Shown here piece after piece: positions 45,462 to 54,647 of a DNA stretch of 64,000 nucleotides. Numbering within the stretch: position 1 is the stretch's first letter; each line of letters opens with the position of its first letter. The position numbers and the translations under genes were made by a program. The notes below the pieces were generated by a model. That model had not been told where the DNA came from. It worked only from the letters and a program-made list of their open reading frames with translations, and made no database searches. Source of the DNA: Candidatus Magasanikiibacteriota bacterium (GTDB lineage: Bacteria > Patescibacteriota > Patescibacteriia > Magasanikbacterales > 2-02-FULL-50-9b); contig JAHFHU010000004.1 of the NCBI GenBank assembly GCA_023246755.1, positions 4,214 to 68,213 on the forward strand, in the 5' to 3' direction.

Positions 45462-47486
45462 TTATTTTGCGAAAACAACTTTCTTCTTGTGCTCCTCTTT
45501 TGTATACGCCTCAAGCACGTCACCCTCTTGCAACGGCTCTTTGCCTTCGTATTTAATACCACATTCGTGGCCCGCCGGAATTTCCTTAACATCAACTTTA
45601 CCCATTTGTGTTGAGGTGATTTTTCCGTCGGCGATATATTCGCGATTGCGATATACCCGCACAAACGAACCATTCGGAATTTTACCCTGATCAACACGCC
45701 CACCAACAACCTGCACTTTTTTATCCGTGCGAAAAACCGCGAGCGTTTTAAACGTCCCGTGTTCGGTGATCACGACTTCAACAGGAACCAACGCCTGCAA
45801 ACGCTCTTCAATCAAATGAAACATGTCGTAAATTACTTTGAACAAATGGACTTCAACACTTTTCGCACTTGCAATCAGCTGTGCGCTTGGAATCGGCTGC
45901 ACGTGAAATCCGAGCACAAGCGCATGTGAACTTTCTGCGCGCAAAATATCTGGCTCCGTAAAATTACCAAGTCCGCGCCCAACAATTTTCACCCCAACTT
46001 CGTCGCTCTGATATTTTTCAAGCGACTGAATAATCGCTTCAAGCGAACCGAGCACATCAGCCTTAACAACAACATTGAGCCATTGTTTTTTCTGCTCGCC
46101 CTCGTCGCCCTCCGCATCTTCGCCAACACCACTTGTTTGCTGCACGACCGGCGCGGTCATGCCCGATGTACGGACGCGCTTCACTTTTGTTGCTTCACCA
46201 AGTTTTGCAACATCCAAAATATCGCCAACTTCCGGCGCGCTCTTGAAACCCAAAATTTTAACCGGCATCGACGGGGCAGCTTCATCAACATACACCCCTG
46301 CATGATCTTTCATCGCACGCACTGTTCCATAAATTCCGCCATTCACCACGAGCGGATCACCTTTGTGGAGCGTGCCACCCTGCACGAGCAATGTTGCAAC
46401 GGGCCCCTCGCCCTTGTCAACGTGCGATTCGATAATTGTGCCAATCGCTTTTCGATTTGGATTCGCGCGAATTTTCTCCGCATCTACTTCAGACACGAGC
46501 AGAACCGTTTCGAGTAATTTTTCAACACCAAGACCCGTCTTTGCTGAAATTGGAACGAGCGGAACGCTGCCACCCCACTCTTCAATTAAAACATTATTCG
46601 CCGACAATTCTGTTTTTGCCTTATCAATATTTACGCCCTCTTTATCCATTTTATTGAGCGCAACGACAACCGGAATTTTTGCAGCCTGAATAATTTTAAT
46701 CGCTTCAACCGTTTGCGGCATCACGCCATCGTCCGCCGCAACAACCAAAATCGCGATATCCGCGATACGCGCGCCACGCGAACGCATGACGGTAAACGCT
46801 TCGTGACCCGGCGTATCAATAAATGTAATAAGCCGATTATTTTTAATAACTTGATACGCACCAATATGTTGCGTGATACCGCCCGATTCGCCGCCCATGA
46901 CGTTCGTTGCCCGAATTGCGTCGAGCAGTTTTGTTTTCCCGTGATCAACGTGACCCATCACAACCACAACCGGCGGGCGCGCAACCAAATCTTCCGAGCG
47001 CTCGGCGTCGAGCTGCTGTTTCATCTCAACAACTTGCGATGTCGAAACCTCCGCTTCGGGCGCCGCGCCCGCTTCTTGCTGAATATTGAAACCCAAATCT
47101 TCCGCAATCACCTGCGCAGTTTCATAATCGATACGCTCATTCAAACTCGCAAGAATTCCATTTTTCATGAGCTCGGAAATAATCGTCGTCACCGGCAAGG
47201 TGAGCGCGGCCGCAAAATCGCGCACGGTCATCACCGGCGGCAACGTTGCACTCTTGCCTTCTGCCTTGCGTGCTTCTTTTTCCGCAATGCGTTGCTGCTC
47301 TTTGGCGCGACGCTGCTTTTCTTTCCAGTCCGCGTACATTCGGCGCCATTCACGAATGATGCTATCCGCAATTTTATCATCAACCTTCACCGCTTTCCGA
47401 CCAATATCAAAACCATAGTTCGGAAGAACTTCATACATTTCTTTGACACTGACGCGCAATTTACGAGCTAATTCGGAAACGTTCAT
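45462..47486 (-). CDS. infB: translation initiation factor IF-2
   Basis: G domain VVVMGHVDHGKTKLLDAIR, DTPGHEAF, NKMD. C-terminal beta-barrel domains. 674 aa. Confidence 0.95.
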   Translation of the reverse strand: MNVSELARKLRVSVKEMYEVLPNYGFDIGRKAVKVDDKIADSIIREWRRMYADWKEKQRRAKEQQRIAEKEARKAEGKSATLPPVMTVRDFAAALTLPVTTIISELMKNGILASLNERIDYETAQVIAEDLGFNIQQEAGAAPEAEVSTSQVVEMKQQLDAERSEDLVARPPVVVVMGHVDHGKTKLLDAIRATNVMGGESGGITQHIGAYQVIKNNRLITFIDTPGHEAFTVMRSRGARIADIAILVVAADDGVMPQTVEAIKIIQAAKIPVVVALNKMDKEGVNIDKAKTELSANNVLIEEWGGSVPLVPISAKTGLGVEKLLETVLLVSEVDAEKIRANPNRKAIGTIIESHVDKGEGPVATLLVQGGTLHKGDPLVVNGGIYGTVRAMKDHAGVYVDEAAPSMPVKILGFKSAPEVGDILDVAKLGEATKVKRVRTSGMTAPVVQQTSGVGEDAEGDEGEQKKQWLNVVVKADVLGSLEAIIQSLEKYQSDEVGVKIVGRGLGNFTEPDILRAESSHALVLGFHVQPIPSAQLIASAKSVEVHLFKVIYDMFHLIEERLQALVPVEVVITEHGTFKTLAVFRTDKKVQVVGGRVDQGKIPNGSFVRVYRNREYIADGKITSTQMGKVDVKEIPAGHECGIKYEGKEPLQEGDVLEAYTKEEHKKKVVFAK

Positions 47487-47592
47487 GGAGAGGGAGATTA
47501 AAGTATTGCAATACTAACGCAAAAACTGACATTCGTCAAACCGGCCGCGTTGACATGAGCGGCACAATACGATAAACTGCTTTATTCGACTT

Positions 47593-48564
47593 ATGCAAGC
47601 ACTTGCCCAGCAAATTCATATGCACCTGACGACACGCGCGCGGCGTGTTGTTGTGGTGCCACACAAGAGTCCGGATGGCGACACACTCGGCGCCGCAACT
47701 GCATTTGTCCACTACTTGCGTGCGTCTGGAGTTGCGGCAACACTGTGGTGCAAAACCGGTGTGTCAAACGCGCTCGCATTTTTACCACACGCAGACGAGG
47801 TGCGTTCGGATCCCGCGCTGTGGGTCGAGCATCAATTTGACACGGTGTGTATTTTTGATTCCGGCGATCCCATCTTTGCTGGCGCGCAGGAGTGCATCGA
47901 CGCGCTTGCCGCAAAGCCACTCATCATCAATTTTGATCATCACTTTACCAACACACATTTTGGCGCATACAATTTTTTGCAACTCGACGCTGCATCAACC
48001 ACACAAGTTTTATTTAATTATTTTAATTTTGTCGGCGTCGACATCGATCCATCGATCGCAACATCGCTCCTCACCGGCCTCATGACCGACACCGGAAATT
48101 TTTCAAATCCCGCGACGAGCGAATCCGCTCTGCACGTCGGTGGAGAGCTGATGCGCCTCGGCGGAAATTACGCCGCGATTTTAAATTACACGTATCGCAA
48201 CAAAAGTCCGGACACGCTCCGTTTGTGGGGTGTTGCCTTGTCGCGCCTCACGATAAAAAAAGATTTGGATTTGGCGTACACGGTTTTGACACGCGATGAC
48301 ATCACGCGCCTCAAAGTTGCAGACGGCGACGTCGAGGGCGTTGCAAATTTTTTAAACTCAATCGGCGAAACAAAAATTTCGTTAGTTCTCAAAGAAACGC
48401 AGGATGGCATGGTCAAGGGGTCGCTCCGTACGACACATAATGATGTTGATGTCTCCGCGATCGCCGCAACATTTGGTGGCGGCGGCCACAAAAAGGCCGC
48501 CGGTTTTGCGGTGCGCGGACGTTTGGTTGAGCACGACGGGGAATGGAATATTGTACGGGAGTGA
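47593..48564 (+). CDS. nrnA: DHH/DHHA1 phosphoesterase, NrnA-like (nanoRNase / pAp phosphatase)
   Basis: HKSPDGDTLGAATAF (DHH motif I), FDSGD, NFDHHFTN (DHH), C-terminal GGGHKKAAG (DHHA1 GGGH). Confidence 0.8.
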   Translation: MQALAQQIHMHLTTRARRVVVVPHKSPDGDTLGAATAFVHYLRASGVAATLWCKTGVSNALAFLPHADEVRSDPALWVEHQFDTVCIFDSGDPIFAGAQECIDALAAKPLIINFDHHFTNTHFGAYNFLQLDAASTTQVLFNYFNFVGVDIDPSIATSLLTGLMTDTGNFSNPATSESALHVGGELMRLGGNYAAILNYTYRNKSPDTLRLWGVALSRLTIKKDLDLAYTVLTRDDITRLKVADGDVEGVANFLNSIGETKISLVLKETQDGMVKGSLRTTHNDVDVSAIAATFGGGGHKKAAGFAVRGRLVEHDGEWNIVRE

Positions 48565-48699
48565 CTACGGTTTAGTCAGGCTCACGCGTCAAAATTCCCA
48601 GCGTGAATTTTGCGCTGTCTCTCGGGCTCGCTCGTTTCGCTTCGCGAAACACCTGCCCGCTCGCCCTGCGAGACGAGCCTTCGTGAACCGTAGTCACTC
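48559..48699. repeat. 141-bp element bounded by perfect 14-bp terminal inverted repeats (gagtgactacggtt / aaccgtagtcactc) with GC-rich nested hairpins; MITE-like or structured RNA
   Basis: Left inverted repeat at 48559-48572 overlaps the nrnA stop codon. Right inverted repeat at 48686-48699. Internal hairpins include gtttcgc-ttcg-gcgaaac and gcgtcaaaattc...gaattttgcgc. Confidence 0.5.
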
Positions 48700-48743
48700 G
48701 CTATAACAAACTAATATTACACCTCTGTAACAATACCAATGCT

Positions 48744-49445
48744 TTAGATGTCGCTGTGAAACTTGCCCACCCGCATTCGATAAAATTTTTCTTTACCATT
48801 TTTTCCATCAACAAGTTCAACAGCAAAATCATCAATGATAATTTTACCTCTCATAGTTGGTGCAGCGGTAACAAATGATTGATATTCACCGCCCTCTGCG
48901 GCAGCGTCAATACCCATTGCGTGTAATTCCTTAATCAGAGTATTATCAATTTTTCTCCCAACAAGATTTTCAGATAAATTACCCTGACGCACACTTATAA
49001 TCACTGACTCAATTCCACTTACGATTATTTTTTCCATATATGCAACATCAAATTCGCGTGCAGTGCATTCCTCTCGTGCGGGTCGCAACATCTTTACACC
49101 AAGTGCGCCCGCAAGCATGTCGCCGATACCACCCGTATATGGGTGCCACAAATCGCCAGTTGCCAAATGAGTAATCTTATTTTTTTTAAAAATTTCATTA
49201 AGCCCTAAAAACAATTCGTGCAAATAATTTTCATCCGAGCCAATTATGAGCTGTTCAAAGGGTAGCCCTAATAAACCAAGTTGGGCTTTGCGCATCTCCC
49301 TGCTTACTTCTGGTCCTGCATGCAACTGAGTGTCACCCAATTTTGACTGGATACTCACCACAACCCCGACCGAGCTACTTTCTAAAATTTTTTGTAACGC
49401 AAAAAAACTATCTTTGCCCCCACTGAACAGCATAGCGATTTTCAT
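48744..49445 (-). CDS. PP-loop ATP pyrophosphatase domain protein (diphthine-ammonia ligase N-domain / MJ0570-like)
   Basis: MKIAMLFSGGKDSFFAL (SGGxDS PP-loop). 233 aa. Confidence 0.65.
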   Translation of the reverse strand: MKIAMLFSGGKDSFFALQKILESSSVGVVVSIQSKLGDTQLHAGPEVSREMRKAQLGLLGLPFEQLIIGSDENYLHELFLGLNEIFKKNKITHLATGDLWHPYTGGIGDMLAGALGVKMLRPAREECTAREFDVAYMEKIIVSGIESVIISVRQGNLSENLVGRKIDNTLIKELHAMGIDAAAEGGEYQSFVTAAPTMRGKIIIDDFAVELVDGKNGKEKFYRMRVGKFHSDI

Positions 49446-49611
49446 ATAAAAATATCGTAATACAAAACTGTTCTAGCGTAAACATGTCCAACTAGGCTCG
49501 CGCGTCAAATAATTTAAGCACCTGTTTTCGCTGGACCAACGGAACAACAATCAAATCTTAACGTGTCTTCCAAAATGTTTTGCCCACAGTAACGACGAAC
49601 ATCTAAAAAAA

Positions 49612-49869
49612 TTAAATTGAATTTTTAAACCGTGCAACTAACTCATCTCCGCCCATCGCGCGCAATTCCGAAATAATCAAACGCTGACATCGCAACTCAT
49701 GGTGACGTGGAACCATGATGAAATGCGATTGTGCAGCACCTAGTTTTTTCCCTATCTCATCGGGCGGATAAAATTTATCATGCTGCCCACTGCGTTTATT
49801 CCCCAAATAAAATCCCAATCTCATGAGCGCCCTCACACATTCGCGTGTATTAAAATTCCACTCCCCCAT
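49612..49869 (-). CDS. hicA: HicA family toxin (mRNA interferase)
   Basis: 85 aa. CVRALMRLGFYLGNKRSGQHDKF...MVPRHHELRCQRLIISELRAMG fits the HicA dsRBD-like fold with a catalytic His. Confidence 0.7.
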   Translation of the reverse strand: MGEWNFNTRECVRALMRLGFYLGNKRSGQHDKFYPPDEIGKKLGAAQSHFIMVPRHHELRCQRLIISELRAMGGDELVARFKNSI

Positions 49870-49878
49870 AGTAGTATT

Positions 49879-50202
49879 TTATGCAACGCACGCCTCGAGA
49901 CTGCCCTCGTACTTTATTTCTTGATGACCCAAAATGATTTTATCAAAAATAATATCTGCCTCGCGTCGGGGCACATCAAAATAGGTGAGCACCGCGTCAT
50001 TGATCATCTCAAGTAATTCTTGTTGCGAGGCGGCTTGCGTGATCAATCCGGGCAAGTCAGGCGAACTCGCACAAAACCACCCATCTGGAGTGAGTTCGAT
50101 ATGCAGTCGCACGTTTGATGGGATATGATATTTTTGAAGCAATTCGCCCACAGGTTTGTGGGGGAAAAATGACCGAAACAAACGGTGAGATAATTTGCTC
50201 AT
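49879..50202 (-). CDS. hicB: HicB family antitoxin (UPF0150)
   Basis: MSKLSH...LTPDGWFCASSPDLPGLITQAASQQELLEMINDAVLTYF is the HicB signature. Start chosen at 50202 rather than the longer 163-aa ORF. A -35 TTGACA about 40 nt upstream. Confidence 0.65.
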   Translation of the reverse strand: MSKLSHRLFRSFFPHKPVGELLQKYHIPSNVRLHIELTPDGWFCASSPDLPGLITQAASQQELLEMINDAVLTYFDVPRREADIIFDKIILGHQEIKYEGSLEACVA

Positions 50203-50290
50203 AGCTATAATTAAAATACCGCTTATAAAAACTTTTGTCAATTCCACGACCACTTGAAATTTTCCCCCATCTGCGCTAAGCTTTCTCCAT

Positions 50291-50887
50291 ATGACCACTC
50301 CGCGCAACTCAACATTTCTTATCCCAACCGTCATCGAAAAATCTGCGCACGGCGAACGCGCGTATGACATTTACTCGCGCCTCCTCAAGGATCGCATCAT
50401 TTTTCTTGGTACACCAATCGACGACGACGTTGCGAATTCAGTGATCGCGCAACTTTTATTTTTGGAAAGTCAGGACAAAACCAAGGACATCAAAATTTAT
50501 ATCAACTCACCGGGCGGTTCTGTGACATCCGGCTTTGCGATTCTCGATACGATGAATTACATTGCGCCGGATGTGTCAACGATTTGTGTTGGAATGGCGG
50601 CTTCGATGGGTGCGGTGCTCCTTGCTGCCGGCACGCGCGGTAAGCGATTTGTGTTGCCAAACTCTGAAGTGATGATCCACCAAGTTTTGGGTGGCGCCGA
50701 AGGTCAGGCGTCAGATGTTAAAATTCGCGCCGAACGCATCATAAAAATGAAGGATCAACTCAACAAAATTCTGGCGCTCTCGACCGGTCAACCCTACGAA
50801 AAAATTGAACGCGATACGGATCGCGACTATTTCATGGACGCGCATGAAGCGGTTGCATACGGACTCGTCGACAAAGTTATCGAGTAA
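50291..50887 (+). CDS. clpP: ATP-dependent Clp protease proteolytic subunit
   Basis: [26 protein letters not shown], catalytic [11 protein letters not shown] (Ser), MIHQVLGG (His), EAVAYGLVD. 198 aa. Confidence 0.95.
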   Translation: MTTPRNSTFLIPTVIEKSAHGERAYDIYSRLLKDRIIFLGTPIDDDVANSVIAQLLFLESQDKTKDIKIYINSPGGSVTSGFAILDTMNYIAPDVSTICVGMAASMGAVLLAAGTRGKRFVLPNSEVMIHQVLGGAEGQASDVKIRAERIIKMKDQLNKILALSTGQPYEKIERDTDRDYFMDAHEAVAYGLVDKVIE

Positions 50888-50904
50888 TTTTTCACAAAAC
50901 AAAA

Positions 50905-51024
50905 ACTCCTCCCGAATAATTCGCGCTCAAGAAGACTTCTTATAGATGGATTCGAGCCGGAGCCCGAATTCCCCTTCTAAGAAGTCCCCATGCTTGTCGT
51001 GAGCGCGAGTCACTGGGGAGGAGC
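50905..51024. repeat. nested inverted-repeat element in the convergent clpP/VanW intergenic region
   Basis: Outer stem ctcctccc + ttcgcgctca (50907-50929) pairs with tgagcgcga + gggaggag (50999-51022). Inner stem gacttctta (50934-50942) pairs with taagaagtc (50977-50985). The centre is an imperfect gaattc-containing palindrome. Confidence 0.45.
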
Positions 51025-51107
51025 CTTGGACGAACAAATATACCGCTAAACACAAATTCTGTCAAGTCACCCCTATGGGGATAACATGCAATGCTGTCAA
51101 ATAAATG

Positions 51108-52940
51108 TCAATTTCCCGTTGCCCCCGCCGCGTCAGGACTTATAATTGCAGGCGCGGGAGCTCCCCCAACGGGCTCGCTTATTTGAGCAACGCCCACTAA
51201 ACACACCTCTGCCCATGGTTTATAAAAACTTGAAAAATCCTGTTTTTTAGTAATTCCATCGGCATAAGCAACGGTGTACGTAAAAATCGTTGACGCTCCG
51301 GCATGCGCCTTTTCCGTACATTTAATTTTTCCAACCGGCAAATCTGTTGTTTGAATTAACTGCTTCGGCGGCGCAGGTTTCGTTGATAAAATCTTTGGAA
51401 TGGTACGCGACGCAAGACGCCCGTCTCGCGTTCCCCAAAATCGAAATTCGAGTTTACGCTCTGATTTAATCAAACGTGTCTCCAACAAAACCCAATGTGC
51501 CATGTCATTCTTAAAACGAAAGTCCGGTTTTGGATCATAAATAGTCGCATCGGTTCCTGAAACACCATTCTCAAAATAATAGTGCACCTGATAGGAGTGA
51601 TTACGACGCTCTAAAATCGGAAATCCCGCGCCCATCGCCGCACGAAACGTCGTTGTTCCAATTTGACACAAACCGCCACCATATTCGGGTTGTGTTTTAT
51701 TATCTTTGATGACAAGTTCTTGTGTATATCCCGTCGTGCCATCAATTTTCCCCAGTGTCTTCATCAAAGAAAATTCTTCACCCGGTGCGATGAGCACACC
51801 GTTAATTGCGGCCATTCCCGTTTCTATGTTATGAATTCGATTTGCCGTTGATCCGGAAAAATCAGACGTACCCGTACCAATCAACTCATTGATCCCGAGC
51901 GTATTCGTGCTCGCTAATTTTATCGCTGGTTCCGCATCTTTCGTCGCAACGATTACCAGATTTTTATCGGTCGACAATGATGCAAACAAATCTTGTGCGA
52001 GCGCGTCCCAATCAATGGCAATCCCCATCTGTGGCGCGACAAATTTAATCGCGCGCGATCCTTTATATTCAAAAACTGCATCTTTCGCCTCTTGTTCAAA
52101 CGGCGCAAGTTGCTTACTCAATGTTTTTTTCAATTGATCCGGGTCAAATCCGATCGTCGGCGCGCCCTGTTCAAGTCGTGGCTGCAGCAATGTTGCAATA
52201 TCCGTTGCCGCAAGCGTAACTGTTTTATCTTTAATTTTAAGTGCACGGCCCTTACTGATTTCACCCACAAGCGCGCTCGCCCGTGGTTGCAATTGCATCG
52301 CCATGGGCGTCGTAATTTCCGGAACCGCTTCGATGAGCGTTGCGGTCAAATCAGTTTGTCCGCGCGCGAGTTTTGTTGCGAACTGTTTTTTCAAATCTTT
52401 ACCGTCAATTTTTTGACCATTCACCGACGGAATGATCGTTCCACCCATCGATGAGATTTCAAATCGCGCATTCGTCGCTACGGCGAGCGGAACATGCAAC
52501 CCGTCGATAACCGCGTCAGAAATATTTTCTTCTGCGCCGCGCGCAAGAACAAAATCAACGTCAACGCGTCGCGCGAGCCCCAACCAATCGCGAATACGTT
52601 TTGTTACGATCCCCCGCTCATCAACAGTTTTTGCGCGTGCAACCGTATCATCGAGTGCGATGACATCTTGATGCGGAACAATGGTACGCACACCGTGGCC
52701 CGGTATATTTATCCGCACGCCCTGCCTAATTTTTTCAACGCTCTTTGCCAAAATTTCACGCGCTTCAATCGTTGTTTTCCCCGCGACTGAAACACCTCCG
52801 ATAAAAAATTCATCAGAAAATTTTGTAAACGTTGCAGCCGATGCGAGCGATGCCCCAACGCCAAAAGCCACGATCAAAAAAACAACGACGCCTGCCGCTA
52901 TAAAAAAGTTTTTCGAACCTGCCGCTTTGTTATTCTTCAT
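51108..52940 (-). CDS. VanW domain protein with N-terminal membrane anchor
   Basis: N-terminal TM. C-terminal GGGLCQIGTTTFRAAMGAGFPILERRNHSYQVHYY is the VanW core. 610 aa. Confidence 0.75.
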   Translation of the reverse strand: MKNNKAAGSKNFFIAAGVVVFLIVAFGVGASLASAATFTKFSDEFFIGGVSVAGKTTIEAREILAKSVEKIRQGVRINIPGHGVRTIVPHQDVIALDDTVARAKTVDERGIVTKRIRDWLGLARRVDVDFVLARGAEENISDAVIDGLHVPLAVATNARFEISSMGGTIIPSVNGQKIDGKDLKKQFATKLARGQTDLTATLIEAVPEITTPMAMQLQPRASALVGEISKGRALKIKDKTVTLAATDIATLLQPRLEQGAPTIGFDPDQLKKTLSKQLAPFEQEAKDAVFEYKGSRAIKFVAPQMGIAIDWDALAQDLFASLSTDKNLVIVATKDAEPAIKLASTNTLGINELIGTGTSDFSGSTANRIHNIETGMAAINGVLIAPGEEFSLMKTLGKIDGTTGYTQELVIKDNKTQPEYGGGLCQIGTTTFRAAMGAGFPILERRNHSYQVHYYFENGVSGTDATIYDPKPDFRFKNDMAHWVLLETRLIKSERKLEFRFWGTRDGRLASRTIPKILSTKPAPPKQLIQTTDLPVGKIKCTEKAHAGASTIFTYTVAYADGITKKQDFSSFYKPWAEVCLVGVAQISEPVGGAPAPAIISPDAAGATGN

Positions 52941-53328
52941 CGATAATCACGATAGGAATGTGATGACTCTTCGTCTGTTTTGGAATCACGAGCGTCAACA
53001 TTCCATTTTTAAATTGCGCGTGCGCCTCGTCTGATTTAACTTCAACGGGCAAAATGACACTGCGCGAAAAATTTCCCCAGAAACATTCTTCCGAAAAAAA
53101 ATGATCCGCTGTCCGCACCAACTCACGATCGCGCGTTCCTCGAATGGTCAAAATATCACCATCCAAATGAATCGAAATATTTTCCGGATCCGCTCCCGCA
53201 ACCGGTGCCATGATAATTAACGCATCTGCCGTTTCGGCAATATCAACCGGTAACTCCCCTTCGCCGGCAATATCTGCTGATAGTTGATCCGTCTGTTCCG
53301 CATTGTCAAATAAGTATGTGTTGGCCAT
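52930..53328 (-). CDS. Hsp20/alpha-crystallin family small heat shock protein
   Basis: 132 aa. ADALIIMAPVAGADPENISIHLDGDILTIRGTR...FSRSVILPVEVKSDEAHAQFKNGMLTLVIPK is an alpha-crystallin domain. Confidence 0.8.
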   Translation of the reverse strand: MANTYLFDNAEQTDQLSADIAGEGELPVDIAETADALIIMAPVAGADPENISIHLDGDILTIRGTRDRELVRTADHFFSEECFWGNFSRSVILPVEVKSDEAHAQFKNGMLTLVIPKQTKSHHIPIVIIDEE

Positions 53329-53384
53329 ACGCTTGCCGCTAGTATACGTTGCTCACATACGAAATGCAATATCGGACGCACCCA

Positions 53385-53828
53385 TTATTTCGCCCTGCAT
53401 TCCTTAATCGAAACAAGCCCAAAAATAACGGAGAGCATACCCGTCACGACATACGATCCGATGCACGTCGGACACCACGCACCAATTTTTACATGACTCA
53501 CCCACGCGAGGTATATGGTAAACAAAACTGCACCCGCAAGACTAACGGCGAACAAATGAAAGATATTTTTTCGAGGCCGTCGTAGCATTTCGTGTGCCAG
53601 CACATGAAGCCAAAGGTAGCCGAGAACTCCGAGCACCGCCACCGGCACACCAAAAATTTCAGAATAAGCGCCGCGATTCACCGTATCGCAATTAAACTGG
53701 GCGTTGACATTACAAAATGACGCGCCTGATGAAAAATGTTGATACACCGCGTAACCGGATATTAAAATCCCCGCGCCCGTAAGAAAAACCAGCGCACGCA
53801 CCATTCGTTGTTTGACGATTTCATTCAT
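53385..53828 (-). CDS. vitamin K epoxide reductase (VKOR) family protein
   Basis: Start at MNEIVKQ (53828). Four TM helices. Loop cysteines CNVNAQFNC and active-site CPTC (CxxC). Confidence 0.7.
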   Translation of the reverse strand: MNEIVKQRMVRALVFLTGAGILISGYAVYQHFSSGASFCNVNAQFNCDTVNRGAYSEIFGVPVAVLGVLGYLWLHVLAHEMLRRPRKNIFHLFAVSLAGAVLFTIYLAWVSHVKIGAWCPTCIGSYVVTGMLSVIFGLVSIKECRAK

Positions 53829-53867
53829 GATTGTTATTCTACGCTTCTGTCGCACGGGAGGCAATAG

Positions 53868-54380
53868 ATGGAAGCATACATTGATCCTGACTTTTTCGAC
53901 CGCTTCACAGAACTTCACAACGAAGTACTCAACACGATAGTCATACGATTCAACGAACTGCACACACCAAGCTTCGAAACAAAATCTGCCCAGATCACAC
54001 TTAAAACGTGGGGAGAAATCAGCGCCGAGGATAAAGACGGGCGCGTTCGATTCGATTTCGTCGGCCTCCACCATTTGCGCAAACAAATCCAAGGCGCAAC
54101 ACCGAGTCGAGACGGCTATGAGGGATTTCTGGCGGGCCAAGTTAACATTGTCGGCGCGACACAGTCGGGTAGAGTCTCATGGATTAGATTTCGATTTGAC
54201 GGAAAAAATCTATCTGGTTATCGCGGTGGCCCCATCGACATGACGCATCCGGCGCGTCGATGGAAAACGGAGGAGGAATTCCTGCTCGAACAGGATAATT
54301 ATCCGTTTTTGCTCGGAGCCTATGCATGGCTCGATACGCTCAAGCGGGAAGTTCTCGACGCAACGAAACAGAGCGTGTAA
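53868..54380 (+). CDS. hypothetical protein (170 aa)
   Basis: ORF followed by a strong terminator. No family recognised. Confidence 0.45.
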   Translation: MEAYIDPDFFDRFTELHNEVLNTIVIRFNELHTPSFETKSAQITLKTWGEISAEDKDGRVRFDFVGLHHLRKQIQGATPSRDGYEGFLAGQVNIVGATQSGRVSWIRFRFDGKNLSGYRGGPIDMTHPARRWKTEEEFLLEQDNYPFLLGAYAWLDTLKREVLDATKQSV

Positions 54381-54394
54381 CGCGTACCCACTGC

Positions 54395-54428
54395 CCGCCC
54401 CACACACAGGTGTGCGGCGGCTTTTTTA
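54395..54428 (+). terminator. Rho-independent terminator
   Basis: ccgccccaca-cacagg-tgtgcggcgg (10-bp stem, one mismatch), followed by cttttttat. Confidence 0.7.
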
Positions 54429-54503
54429 TGCAGTAATTGACGATGTCGATGTAAAATGATATTCTGTTGTGGCATTCACGCGTGCACCAGACGATCGACG
54501 TTC

Positions 54504-54575
54504 GGCCTCATCGTCTAACGGTTAGGACATTTGGTTTTCATCCAAAAAACAGGGGTTCGATTCCCCTTGAGGCTA
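54504..54575 (+). tRNA. tRNA-Glu (anticodon UUC)
   Basis: GGCCTCATCGTCTAACGGTTAGGACATTTGGTTTTCATCCAAAAAACAGGGGTTCGATTCCCCTTGAGGCTA. Anticodon loop TTTTCAT. Followed by the hairpin aataagaccaccc-atttc-gggtggtcttatt (54578-54612). Confidence 0.8.
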
Positions 54576-54577
54576 AT

Positions 54578-54612
54578 AAATAAGACCACCCATTTCGGGT
54601 GGTCTTATTTAT
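54578..54612 (+). terminator. Rho-independent terminator after tRNA-Glu
   Basis: 13-bp perfect stem, followed by tatttattag. Confidence 0.65.
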
Positions 54613-54647
54613 TAGGTCGCGCACCGCGCTCGGCCATCTTCAAATAA

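Noticed and set aside
49879-50370. 163-aa reading of the HicB ORF
   Set aside because: Only the C-terminal 107 aa match HicB. The N-terminal 56 aa would overlap the clpP start region on the other strand and have no homology. Internal ATG at 50202 is preceded by a promoter-like TTGACA.
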